This document shows, piece after piece, positions 49,996 through 61,285 of a stretch of DNA of 61,285 nucleotides. The DNA is from Stegostoma tigrinum (lineage: Eukaryota), in the NCBI RefSeq assembly GCF_030684315.1, contig NC_081387.1, forward strand, positions 11,118,822-11,180,106. Reading direction: 5' to 3'. The notes beneath the pieces were generated by a model. It ran no database searches. It saw nothing but the letters and a program-made list of their open reading frames with translations, and was not told the DNA's origin. Positions within the stretch are counted from its first letter, which is position 1. Each line of letters opens with the position of its first letter. A program made the translations under genes and the position numbers.

Positions 49996-52650
49996 TTCCT
50001 GTCTCTTCTTGAGAATGTTCGGTGCTGTGGCCCATAACAAAAATGGGAATTTAATTCTGAAACTCTGTTTAAATAAAACAATCTTCATGGTTATGGGAGA
50101 ATACACAGTTTGGCGCTGAGTGATGCTGTAGGGTCCAGAAAAGCTTCAATCCTGGTTGTGACGGCACATTTGTTTCCCCCGTCACCACCAGCGGTTTTAG
50201 TTTCACCAAGACGGGATCTTTCTGTGCCCACAGGCTGATATTGTCAGCAGTGACTGGAAGGGTGTCCAGGAAGTTTACAACCAGAATGGACTCTTCCAGG
50301 GGAAGCACACCACCACTGGGGTATCTATCAGCGGGAGGCAGCTCAACGCTTCTGTACCACGTTAAACCAATATTCCTGGCCCTGGGATGGGAGTGAAATG
50401 GCAGCAGGAATGCCAATGCCGGCCACATGCCTCCTCAGAGCAAGAGAAACAGTTTACTTCAGGCACGCACTGTTTTCTCTTACTGCCACTGTCCTTTGAC
50501 TGAGGAGACCTTCTGAATCCCCTGTTACAATTCTGTTTCTTTTTTTCTGACCACCCCAAACAGCTGTTTTTGTTTGAATTTACATAATTACAATAAAGTT
50601 GTTCACAATGATTAGGAGCTGAAGTTCTCAAATCTTGTTTGTCTTTTTTTGATTCCAACCCAACTCCACGGGATTGAGGAGATTTTGTAACCGGCTCTTA
50701 AAGACTGATGGGTATAATAATAAATCAAAGGGTCAAGCAACAGCTAAATCTCCTGTTTACATCTGTCAGCCAGGGCTCCCTGATTAGCCCAGGTTAACAA
50801 CCCCACTCAGGAAACTCATATTCTATGAGGAACAAAAACAGAAGTTGCTGGAAAAGCTCAGCAGGTCTGGCAGCATCTGTGAGGAATAAATCAGAGTTAA
50901 GGTTTCGGGTCCAGTGGCACTTCCTCAGAATGTCCTCACTGGACGTGAAACCTTAACTCTGATTTATTTTCTTCACAGATGCTGCCAGGCTTGCTGAGGT
51001 TTTCCGGCAACTTCTATTTTTGTTCCTGATTTCCGCAGTACTTTCAGTTTTTCTTTCATATTCTCTGAGATCTACCTGGTCCTGATTCCAATCACTACAG
51101 GATTGGAAGGATAGAGCGGGTTCTGTCACACTAACACCGGATGTTATACCATGTACCTTAATTTTATAGCGTTCCTGGATATTTAAGATGCTGGAGTAGC
51201 ATCATCCTCCAGTATAAACTAGGCAAGGTCCTACTGTAACACCCCTAGATTCAGCGTCTTTATCACTGTTCTCTACCAATGGTATGAGCACTGTGCAACA
51301 CTTACAGTTAATATTAGCCCTCTCTCTATCCTCGGGTGTCCTGGTCAAGCAGCTCAGCAATGACCCTCCCTCCCACGATCCTGGTCTGAGTCTGTGTCCT
51401 CTCTAACCCCTCCTCACTCGCTTGCCCGCCCGCCCACCTGCCTGCCCCCCCTTTATTCACCCACCCACCTCCCCCCCTTGCTTGCACACCCACACCCCCC
51501 ACTCGCTCGCCTGCCCTACCCCATCAGTTGCCCACCCACCCTGACTCGACTGCCCTCCTCCCCCACCGCCCGCATTCACCTGTCAGCTCCCTCACTCAAC
51601 CTTCCCTCCCTCTCGCTTGTCCGTCTGCCCTCTCCCTTCACTTGCTCACTTTTTCTGCTCTTACTTGCCCGCCTGCCCCCTCACTCGCTCGCCCGCCTCT
51701 CCTCCCCTTCACTTGACCTCCCCTTCCTCTGGCTCACCCGCCTGTCCTGCCCCTCACTCGCCATCCCCTTCCTCTGGCTCACCCGTCTGCCGTCCCCCTT
51801 CACTTGCTTGCCTTCCCCTCACTTGCTTGCTTGCCCTCTCTCCCCTCTCACTCATCCACACTCCCACCCTTCCCCTTCACTCATCGACTCTCCATCCCTC
51901 CCCACCCCCTCACTCACCCACACGCCTTCACTCCCACCCATCCAGCTCCCTCTGTCCGTAATCCAAGTACTTCCTCAGCCACTCGACACACACCACCTCC
52001 AGGTAATGCTTCCACTGCTGATTATTCACACACTCATGGTCGCACCTGTTTTTGGCGCTCTCCCCCCAAAGGACTGGTGTACCCACACCATGTGATCCTT
52101 ATCGAAGCTCAGCAAATCTTGTCCATCCCATCCATACTGATTGAACCCAATTGTCGTCCCATCACTCCTTAGGTCAAAACCAGTCATCATTTGGTAGGTA
52201 TTGATCCCTGTCCATCAAAAATACAAGTTGCCAATCAGACACACTGAACCTTCACCCACTACAAGCACAGGCAATCAGGTTCAGGCACAACAGATAACTG
52301 AGCCCATTGCCACCAGTATCTGACTCCCAGATCCTAGGCCAATCCTGGCCTCCCCCCACTCCTGTAGGATGAGTCCCCGGGAAGGGCCAGCAAAGCCCTG
52401 GTGGGTCCGGCACATGAGCTTTGGAATACGACCTTGGAAATACAGCTACTGCTTCTGTGCGAGCATCATCTTCTGCTCTTAGGAATCCTGTCCCTTGCTC
52501 TCCACCATCCACTGCTTCCCGGGGATCGGTTGCTTCCAATCACTGTCCTACTTAATAAACTGGACCTTGTCCACATATCCGTCAAGCACAGAGTCCAAAA
52601 AGCCAGGAATTGGAGACACGCCGGTCAGGAAATACCAGAGAGAGTGGAGG
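49996..52650 (-). pseudogene. MHC class I pseudogene 5' half (D): alpha1 52391-52650, alpha2 ~51936-52207, alpha3 missing, intron-4 homology 49996-51332
   Basis: alpha1 LHSLWYFLTGVSPIPGF..GYVDKVQFIK*..QWMVESKG with 3 stops and no GT donor; alpha2 GINTYQMMTGFDL (Cys>Phe), 1-nt deletion after VW, ..YLEVVCVEWLRKYLDYG. Confidence 0.92.
51360..51935. repeat. C/T-rich low-complexity tract
   Basis: Degenerate ctcac/cttgcccgcctgccc repeats; G/A-rich on the D sense strand. Confidence 0.8.
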
Positions 52651-55191
52651 CTGAAACAGGAAAGAGGAAGGGAGAGCTCATAGTAAGACAAAAATGTCAG
52701 GATATGAAACCCAGAGCACCATCAGTACCACAGGCTAATTTACTCCCATTTGGCAGCATTTGGCCCGTAAAACCGTTCCTAATCATGTACCCACCCAGAT
52801 GCTTTTTAAATGTGGTGATTTTATCAGCCTCCACTACTTCCTCTGGCAGCTGATCCCATACACATACATATGAATACATACAAGGATGAGTTTGACTGTT
52901 TGATCTTCAATGGAGTCAATGGTTCTGGGGAGCAGTAAAGTAAATGGAGTTCAGGCCACAGTTAGATTGATCATGATCACATTGAATGGCAGAATAGGCT
53001 CAAGACACTGATTGGCCACCTCCACTCTTACTTCTGATATCTTGATGTTAGAAAGCAGAGACTGAGTGAGTAATGGAAAACTCATTCATTCTCAGTGGAT
53101 GTGTACAATAAAGAGATTTGGAAAGGATGATAGAATGTTGTTGCCCTTTATTTTGAGGAGTGGGACACAAAAGTTAGTTTTGATCCAGAGCAACTGCATT
53201 CAGTCCTGTGCATCTGGCCTCAGGAAGGGGAATGGGTGCAGATTCACCAGAATGATAACGGGGTGGAGAAGGTGAAATTAGGCAACAAAACCTTGGGTTC
53301 TCGTCAGTTTGCAGGAAGGAAGGAAGATTCAGTTGAGGTGCTGAAGATCATAGAAGTATTAGACTGAATCAATTCAGATCCCCTGATGAGGGAATGGAGA
53401 ACAGGGGGAGATAATTGTAAAATTAAAACTCAGCTGTTCCAGGATAACACCAGGAAGTGCCTCAAGGGTAGGGTTTATTGGGAAAATGATGTGAAACTTT
53501 AAAAGGACATTGACATGTTGATGAAGTGGCCAGATAGGTGGCAGATAAAATTCAATGTGGAGATATGTGAGGGCTGAAATATTTTGACATAAAGATACAA
53601 GGGTGTGCAGGAGTGGGAGAACTGAGTGGGCATGTCATTGAAGAGCCATTATTGAAACCATTCAGTATTTTAGGTTTTATAAATAGACCACAAGAGCAGG
53701 GAACATGTGACAAACTTATACAGGGCACCGGTCTGATTTCAGTTGAGCATTGTGATGTGGATGTGCTGGTGTTGGGCTGGATGGACAAAGTTAGAAGTTA
53801 CACAACACCAGATAATAGCCCAACAGGTTTATTTAAAATCACAAGCTTTTGAAGCACTGCTCCTTTGTCAAATGCCTAATGAAGGAGCAATGGCCTAAAA
53901 GCTTATGACTTCAAATGAGCCTGTTAAACTATAACCTAGTGTCACATGGCATTTGACTTTGGCCGCTCAAGGATTGCCTTCTATCCATCTGTCCAGGATT
54001 TAATAAATTTCTTTATTCTTCCTTTGGAGTTTTCCATTGCTGCCTCAGCTTTGCCATTGGAAAGGGTGGATGGTGTTGAATTTCCTAATCTTTCATGAAG
54101 TGAGCTGCCAGAGGAAGTGGTGGAGGCTGGTACATGAATAGGGAGGGTTCAGATGGATTATGGACAAAGGCTGGCAAATGGATTTAGCTGGTCGGCATGG
54201 ACGAGTTGGACTGAAGGGTCTGTTTCCATACTGTACATCTTGATAACTGGCTCGTTCTCCGCTTGTGAACAGCAGGCGTTTTTCACTCACCTTAAAGCTT
54301 TAAAGCACTCAACAATCTCACCAACAGTTGTTGAAGTCAGCTGGTCCTCCACCAAACAGACAGAAGATTAGTCTGCTGCATGACACAATAATCAGCTCCT
54401 GTGAGAGACTGAAATTCCCAGTTTTGTCCCATATCTGCAGTCGTTTGACCAGGAACTGTCAGGGAAAAGCAGCGGTCGTCGTCATTTGAGCCGTAATTTT
54501 ACTATGAATCTGTGTTTTCTTTTCAGTGGCAGTTCACAGCTCTGCTGCTGTGCTTTTAATTTCAGCTCTGGAGATTTATCTCAGTATCTCCATTTTTTTT
54601 TAGTGTAAAACATTTGAATGAAGCTTAAGATGCATTTCCCATATTTTACTTCAGTTTTGAGGTGAAAGTTTGAAATGCGAAGGCTGTATAGGGAGTGCTG
54701 GAAATGAGATGAGAATGTAATTAGGTGCTTGATGACTGGCACTGAGATGTTATTGGGATAACATCCCATTGATTTCTATATTTCCATAAATTAATGTCCC
54801 TTATCTGCTTACACATAGGCATGCAGGCACTGCCCTAAAGCTTCCTGTCCAGCTAGGAATTCGGAGTAAAACTTTGTAACTCCTTATCTTCTTACACATC
54901 GGCATGCAGACACTGCCTTAAGCTTCCTGTTTGTCTGAATAGAATTCGAGTTAAACTGTGCAAATCTTTATCTTCCTGCATAGGGATATGTGGAAACTGT
55001 CTCAAATAAAGTTAAGTGAAGAACATTTGTAAAGGTGTGAGACTTCTGAAGTCTGTAACTTCTGTCTCTGACAAAGGGCCCAGGACACTGACTTTGTTCC
55101 AGCCAGACACATCGGTAACTTAAAATTACAATGTCTCGTTAACAACTGGAAATTGCCTCCTGCCATTAGCAGTCACTTCATGAACGATCGA

Positions 55192-55600
55192 TACAATGTG
55201 AACTTCGCAAGCTTCAAAATCTCCCCCTCCCCCATTGCATCCCAAAACCAGCCCAGCTCGTCCCTGCCTCCCTAATCTGTCTTCTTCTCACCTATTCCCT
55301 CTTCCCACCTCAAGCCGCACCTCCACTTCCTACCTACTAACCTCATCCCATCTCCTTGACCTGTCCGTCCTCCCCGGACTGACCTATCCCCTCCCCACCT
55401 CCCCACCCATAAACTCCTCTCTTCCCCTCTCTCCCTATTTATTTCGGAGCCCTCTCCCCATCCCCGTCTCTGATGAAGGGTCTTGGCCCGAAACGTCAGC
55501 TTTTGTGCTCCTGAGATGCTGCTTGGCCTGTTGTGTTCATCCAGCTTCACACTTTGTTATTCTGGATTCTCCAGCATCTGCAGTTCCCATTATCTCTGAT
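55192..55600 (+). mobile_element. Short 3' PLE copy with hammerhead core at 55470-55497
   Basis: Matches ~17153-17610 and continues into the family terminus; CTGATGAAGGGTCTTGGCCCGAAACGTC. Confidence 0.85.
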
Positions 55601-55850
55601 ACTATATCCTGGTCTTTTATGTTCTTGATGTAATAACTGTTTTGTATCCTGTCTTTGTCTGTTGTAAGAATTGTTTCATGTATCATGTCATTGTGAAATG
55701 TGAAATTGTTTTATGTATTATGCACTTAGTAAAGTATAAAAAGCGGGGACTGTCCGCTGCTCAGGGAGAATCGCTTACAAGACTCTGCACTCTGTGCCGG
55801 GTTAAGTACAATGATTCTCCGCAGCTTGTACTTGCTTGGTAATAAAGGAT

Positions 55851-56039
55851 AATAAAATGTGAGGCTGGATGAACACAGCAGGCCAAGCAGCATCTCAGGA
55901 GCACAAAAGCTGACGTTTCGGGCCTAGACCCTTCATCAGAGAGCTTTTGTGCTCCTGAGATGCTGCTTGGCCTGCTGTGTTCATCCAGCCTCACATTTTA
56001 TTATCTTGGAATCTCCAGCATCTGCAGTTCCCATTATCT
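55851..56039. mobile_element. Palindromic PLE-terminus insertion with intact hammerhead core on minus
   Basis: TSD TTGGTAATAAAGGAT at 55836-55850 and 56040-56054; ~60-bp perfect inverted arms. Confidence 0.85.
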
Positions 56040-57389
56040 TTGGTAATAAAGGATTTGTGTTTTTCTAACAGGTCAGTGTCTTGTTATTGCAGCAAGTCCG
56101 TGAGGGTGTCCGAAAAAGAGCCTGACAGCACAGATATGTTGGGCCACAGGGTTCTGTGCTTTAACATTTTGACCCTGTCAGTCTTTGGCATATATACCTC
56201 ATGATGGAGGTCACATGCCTACAACAAACAAGGAACGTCGAAACAGAAGTAGGCCTTTCAGGCCCTCAGACCTCTTCACCCATTCATTGACATAGCTGAT
56301 CTGTGGCCTAACTCCATCTACCTGCCTTTGGCCCATGTCCCTTAATACTTCTGCTTAACACAAGTTTATTTGTACATAATTAACAACTTATCCATCCTCC
56401 GGTGTCATTTGCGGAAGAGCGTTCCAAACCTCTATCATCGTGGTGTGTAGAAGTGCTTCCTATCATCTCTCCTGAATGATCTGGCCCTAATTTTCAGATC
56501 ATGCCCCCAGTTCGAGAATCCCCAATCAGTGAAAATAGTTTCCCTAACAACCTGGGCCAGGCATTTGTACATGATTGCATGTCAATCCAAATGCAGCCTA
56601 AGATTATTACTCAGGAGTGCGCAGAGGTCCTTCAACCTTTTATGCTTGTCAGACAGGAACAAGAGGAGACACCAACTGTGTCTTTGGCAAAGTTGGAGTT
56701 CAATCTTTTATCGCTGGTGTAAAGTGATGCGGGTATTAGCAGAAAGGGAATCAGGAACTGGGGAGACAACCGACGATCCAGAGTTTGGGGAAGGTGGCAA
56801 GAGTGGAGAGGGTGAGTGGTAATTGCAAAAGCAGGAAGAAAAATCGGGTGGGGGAGAGAGAGTGAAAAGATGAAAATATTATTTCCAACTTCTAAGTTAC
56901 TCAGATATTCTTCCTCATTTTCTGCTTGGCTCTATCTTTGTCTCTCACTGCCCTCTTTTTCTGCACAGTGACTCTCTGTCACATACACTGCTTTGTGCCA
57001 TTTCCAGTGCCTCTGGCTGTCTGCTGTCTCCCCTTAAATCTTTGTCCTTTCTTCAAATCTCTTCCCACAGTACCTCTTCCTCTATCTCTGTCTTGCCGTC
57101 TTCATCTGACTGCATGTCTCTCTCACTACCTCATCCGCACTCTCACATAGAGGAGTGAGGGACACTAATAGCGACTATCATGAACACTTTGTTCAGATCA
57201 GAGTTCAAACCGTATCTGCCTCAAAAACATGAAGACACTTCCTGCAATTTCCATTCATTATGTTCAGAGTGACTCCTCCCAGAGAATGATTTCCTGGTTG
57301 CTGAGTACCCATTTTGTTCACATTGCTCTCTCAGTAACAGCGCCTGAAGAGACTGTAGCTGGAGAGAACTAACAGGAGTGAAGGAGTCC

Positions 57390-57935
57390 CACACTGACAG
57401 AGGGTCAGCACTGAGGGAGTGCCGCACTGTCAGAGGGTTGGTACTGAGGGAGTCAAACACTGTCACAGGGTCAGTACTGACGGAGTGCTGCACTGTCAGA
57501 GGGTCGGTGCTGAGGGAGTGATACACTGTCAGAGGGTGTGTACTGAGGGAGTGCCGCACTGTCAGAGGGTCAGCGCTGAGGGAGTGCCGCACTGTCAGAG
57601 GGTTAGTACCGAGGGAGTCCCACGCTGTCAGAGGGTCAGTACTGAGGGAATGCCGCACTGTCAGAGGGTCAGTACTGAGGGAGTGCCGCACTGTCAGAGG
57701 GTCAGTACTGAGGGAGTGCCGCACTGTCGGAGGGTCACTACTGAGGGAGTGCCGCACTGTCAGAGGGTCAGTACTGAGGGAGTGCCGCACTGTCAGAGGG
57801 TCAGTACTGAGGGAGTGCTGCACTGTCAGAGGGTCAGTACTGAGGGAGAGCCGCACTGTCAGAGGGTCAGTACTGAGGGAGTGCTGCACTGTCAGAGGGT
57901 CAGTGCTGCAGGGTTGGAGAGTCAGTGCTGAGGGT
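57390..57935. repeat. 33-bp minisatellite (gagggagtgccgcactgtcagagggtcagtact), ~16 copies
   Basis: Clear tandem units; degenerate relatives at 59330-59425. Confidence 0.95.
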
Positions 57936-60900
57936 GTGCTGCAGTTTCCGAGGCTTTAGTTTCTTTTTAAGTTACGTATGATGTAAGTCAAGCGCAGATT
58001 GCTTCTTCTTAGAGCCAATCAGAGTTTATTTTAACAACTGAAGTCCCAAGTACTTTAAACCTACCAACGTGTTAGAGGGAGACTGCTGTATTATGTGAAT
58101 TATGTTTTGAAAATTGCACCAGGAGTGTTTTATATTATTTCAATGTAGAAAGCACTGTTCTGAGATTAATAGAACTATATTTTTACTTTTCTTACTGAAG
58201 TCATTGACAAAATAAAGATCTTTGAACTTGTGAATAAATTGGATATTTTATTTTCTCTTTATTCATTTGGTAATTTCTTTTTGTTTTGTTGTTAAATAAA
58301 ACTGCAGTATGTGTTTCTGTTCCAGTGAGAGACCACTTAATTGAAACCAAACCAAAAAAGTAATCTATCCAGTTAGATTCCCAACCTCCCTCCCAAAATG
58401 GGATGACTTGTCTGGTAAGAACATTCGCTGCTGTCATTCATGAGCCAGTTGGGAACCCTCTCCTTTGTCCAATGGGAGAAGTGATCAAACAGGCTCGATT
58501 GCCACACAATCACCCGCAGCCTCCAGAGATGACGAGCTGTGTTAGGATAGCTCCGTCCGTGCTACAGTGTCCACTTCTGAAGGCGAGGCTGTTTCCTTCA
58601 CTCAAAGAAGATAGCAGTTTGGAGGCCATTCATCCCCCTAGTCCTCTCTGCTCGTCAATAAAACCTTCGACTTCAAATATTCTATTCTGCCAGATCCCAA
58701 TACCCCTTCAAAGCCTGTGTTCAAACACCGGCAGTGCAGAAACTTCCTGGTAACTGAGAACATGCACCTCCCTGTGACGCAGACTGCCCTCCCTGACTGT
58801 GCATGTGGCAGCGACTCAATGAGGGCATCAACCGTAGATTAGCTGTGAACGGTCAATGTGATGGAACTGGGAGCCTGGCAATTCCTTAACTCAAGGTCAC
58901 TGAGTGAGCTTTAGCTTAACCCTGCCATTGGAACTTATAAGAAAATCTTTGATGAGCTGTCGTTGCCACTGGCAAGGCCAGCATTTGTCATCTGGCATCT
59001 GTAATTAATGTTGAGTCAACTTCATTGATTCAGTTGATGTTTCCCATTGTAGGGCATCAGCACTGGGCAGCAGAGGTACCTGTCCATCATCATGACATTC
59101 TACAGAGCAACTCCCCTAGTCTAGACCAGCAGGATGTTGACAGCATCAAATGGCAGATGATGTTGGGTGCTTAATGTTTCATATCGAATTACAGACAATT
59201 TGTCCACTACACTTACACTTTGGGTGATGTTATTTATCTATGGCACAACCTCAAGCTTTCAGTTTGATACCAACATAAGCTCTGCCCTCAACTCCACTGT
59301 ATCACCAAGATCTATGACATTGTGAGGATCAACTCTGGGGGCAAGCACCACACTGTTGGAGGGTCAACTCTGGGGCTGCGCCACAGTGTCAGAGGGTCAG
59401 TTCGGGGGAGCGCCACACTGGGAGAGGTTTTCTATGAAGAGTTCATTACAGCCTCAGTTTCACAATCACTCCGATAAGACATTAAATTGAGGTCTTGCCC
59501 ACCCTTGCAAATGGGCTTACGAGTTTGTTGGGCTCCTAATGCAAAAAGCAGGGTAGTTTGTCCCTAAATGAACATTACTGAATTCAGCTGATGTAGTACT
59601 TTCTCATGATGCTCTGTTGGATCTTCTTGTGCATAATATAGTTGTGTTTCCTATCCTACAACAGCGATAGTGCATCAAAATAAACTGAATCTTTAACTGG
59701 AAATGTTTTTGGAAGATGCTGAGATGTTGTAAGGCTCTGTAGAAAACAAATACCTTGTGTTTGAAAGGTTATGTTTCTGCTGAGGAAAGGGACAAGTTTC
59801 TGGATTATCTGAAAAGCCCCAACCAGCAGCAGTATCAGAAACAATCCCCTTTTATCGTCAGAACTGTGAAGAGGGCATCCAGGAAACAAAGTCAACGCTT
59901 GCAACTGAAATGGAAGATGAGAATGGGAGGGAAAGTTATGAACTGCTCATTGCCTTTCATTCTTCTAATTAGGCCCCTTACCTCAAGTGCCTCACCTCCT
60001 GTTAATCAGAGGTCCACATCCACCAAAATTCCACTGAATCCCAGACCCTTAGCTGATGTTGATCCCGGCTCCTTACTTACCGTGCTGTAGTCAATCCTAG
60101 ACCCCTAGCAACCACATTCCATCCCTGACCTCCAAACCTGAATTAATTCCAGGTCCCTGTTTCCAAATCACATTCCAGTCTTTGCCTGAGCTTTGTGGCA
60201 AACTGTGGAATAATTAATTTGATTGGCTTCCAACAGATCAATTGCATTTCTGGAACCAAGTCAGACTGGAGATCCAACACCATCAAGGGCCTCTGCGCTT
60301 GGTGGCTGAATCATGTCTGACTCGACTGAGTATGAAAGAACTATCACACCTCCCAATAAATTTATTTGTCAGCAGTTTTTGATGGTTCATGGTTGTTTTC
60401 TGTTGAAGAGTTCCTTATTTCGAGGCTCTTCACAACATCAAAATGCTCCATGTCTACGAATATTTTCCTTGGAGAGTGATCAGTGATGTGACCAGAGTGA
60501 GGGGACAATATTTAAATGACAGGAGTTACCTAATAAAAGCAGAGACAAGGGCCATTTCGTTTCCTACAGGTTGAGTGTCTTTGTGATACTCTTCTTGAAA
60601 AGGTGGTGGAAGAAGACTCCCTGAATATTTTTGAGGCAGAGGTAGATAGATTCAGGGGTAGGTGGAAACATGGCTTTATAAATTGCAATCAATCAGATCA
60701 GCATGATCACGCGGGACGAGGGAGCAGGCTCAAGGGACTGAATAGTGCACTTGTTCATAGGAGCATGAGAAGTAGAGCAGCTAATTCACGCAAAACAAAC
60801 ACCCACAAACAGAAATGTGTAATGCCTCATCAGACAGGTGGTAATTCCGACATCATGGCACACCCCTAGTCCTGACTGGCCAACAGTGCGGTGTCAATGG

Positions 60901-61285
60901 TCACCTTAAGGGAGTGGGAAGTGAGGAAGCTGAGGTAGGTACTTTCCAACATTGGACCCAGATAAGCAAGAACACTGCCATATAGCATCTATTAGTGGAA
61001 ATCAGGTGGGTGAAACTCAATTTGTCAGAATCCAAAAGATTCTCAAGCTGCGTCTGCCGAATCTGTGACACTGATAATGCTTTTTAAAATCAAAACATGT
61101 TTGAAGAAGGTCATTCAGCCCAACCTCATGGTCTCTCCTATCCTCTGCTGGAAAAAAAATTCATTGCTCTCAGTTACGAATGCATTCACAGTGAGGGATC
61201 ATCCTTTCTTCTGTGGGATAGGATTTCCAAAAAACAAATTCACCACCAACTGAATGTAGAAGCTTGATCCCTTTTGGCCTGAAAC

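Larger units (their letters stand above)
54748..56127 (+). mobile_element. Putative solo LTR interrupted by two PLE insertions
   Basis: TG..CA ends, ~75-bp tandem repeats at 54800-54990, TATAAAA at ~55735, AATAAA at 55841; TSD not clear. Confidence 0.45.

Noticed and set aside
51394-52095. 233-aa Pro/Leu/Ser-rich ORF
   Set aside because: Translation of the low-complexity tract and the antisense of the alpha2 pseudo-exon.
54285-54490. Candidate leader exon of pseudogene D (minus-strand donor GTGAGT, RLIFCLFGGG)
   Set aside because: No convincing similarity to the B/C leaders and no SXY module; D's exon 1 was not found.
57221-57931. Repetitive ORFs and CRISPR-like periodicity
   Set aside because: 33-bp minisatellite with no unique spacers, in a vertebrate genome.
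59755-60090. 111-aa ORF
   Set aside because: No recognisable domain or supporting exon structure.

Overview
Vertebrate genomic DNA, inferred to be cartilaginous fish (shark) from its repeat set (Neptune-type Penelope-like elements, CR1/HER1-like LINEs, HE1-like tRNA SINEs) and the style of its MHC proteins. It holds a cluster of MHC class I heavy-chain genes in repeat-dense DNA. Gene B is complete and open on + (CDS 23015-35557; leader, alpha1, alpha2, alpha3, TM and two cytoplasmic exons; 340 aa; probable 3'UTR exon from 38235) and has non-classical groove substitutions. Gene C shows only its promoter and leader exon on - (1892-1940) and runs off the left edge. Fragment A is an orphan 3' half on + (TM and tail exons, 9896-11691). 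Fragment D is a pseudogene 5' half on - (alpha1/alpha2, 51936-52650, alpha3 deleted). A and D look like two halves of one gene split in intron 4 by a ~40 kb inversion between oppositely oriented Penelope copies. The B and C promoters carry an S-X1-X2-Y module and differ by an exact 18-bp micro-inversion between two inverted CCAAT boxes. The Penelope termini carry minimal hammerhead ribozyme cores and occur as short palindromic insertions with TSDs. All alignments were done by eye; no searches were run.
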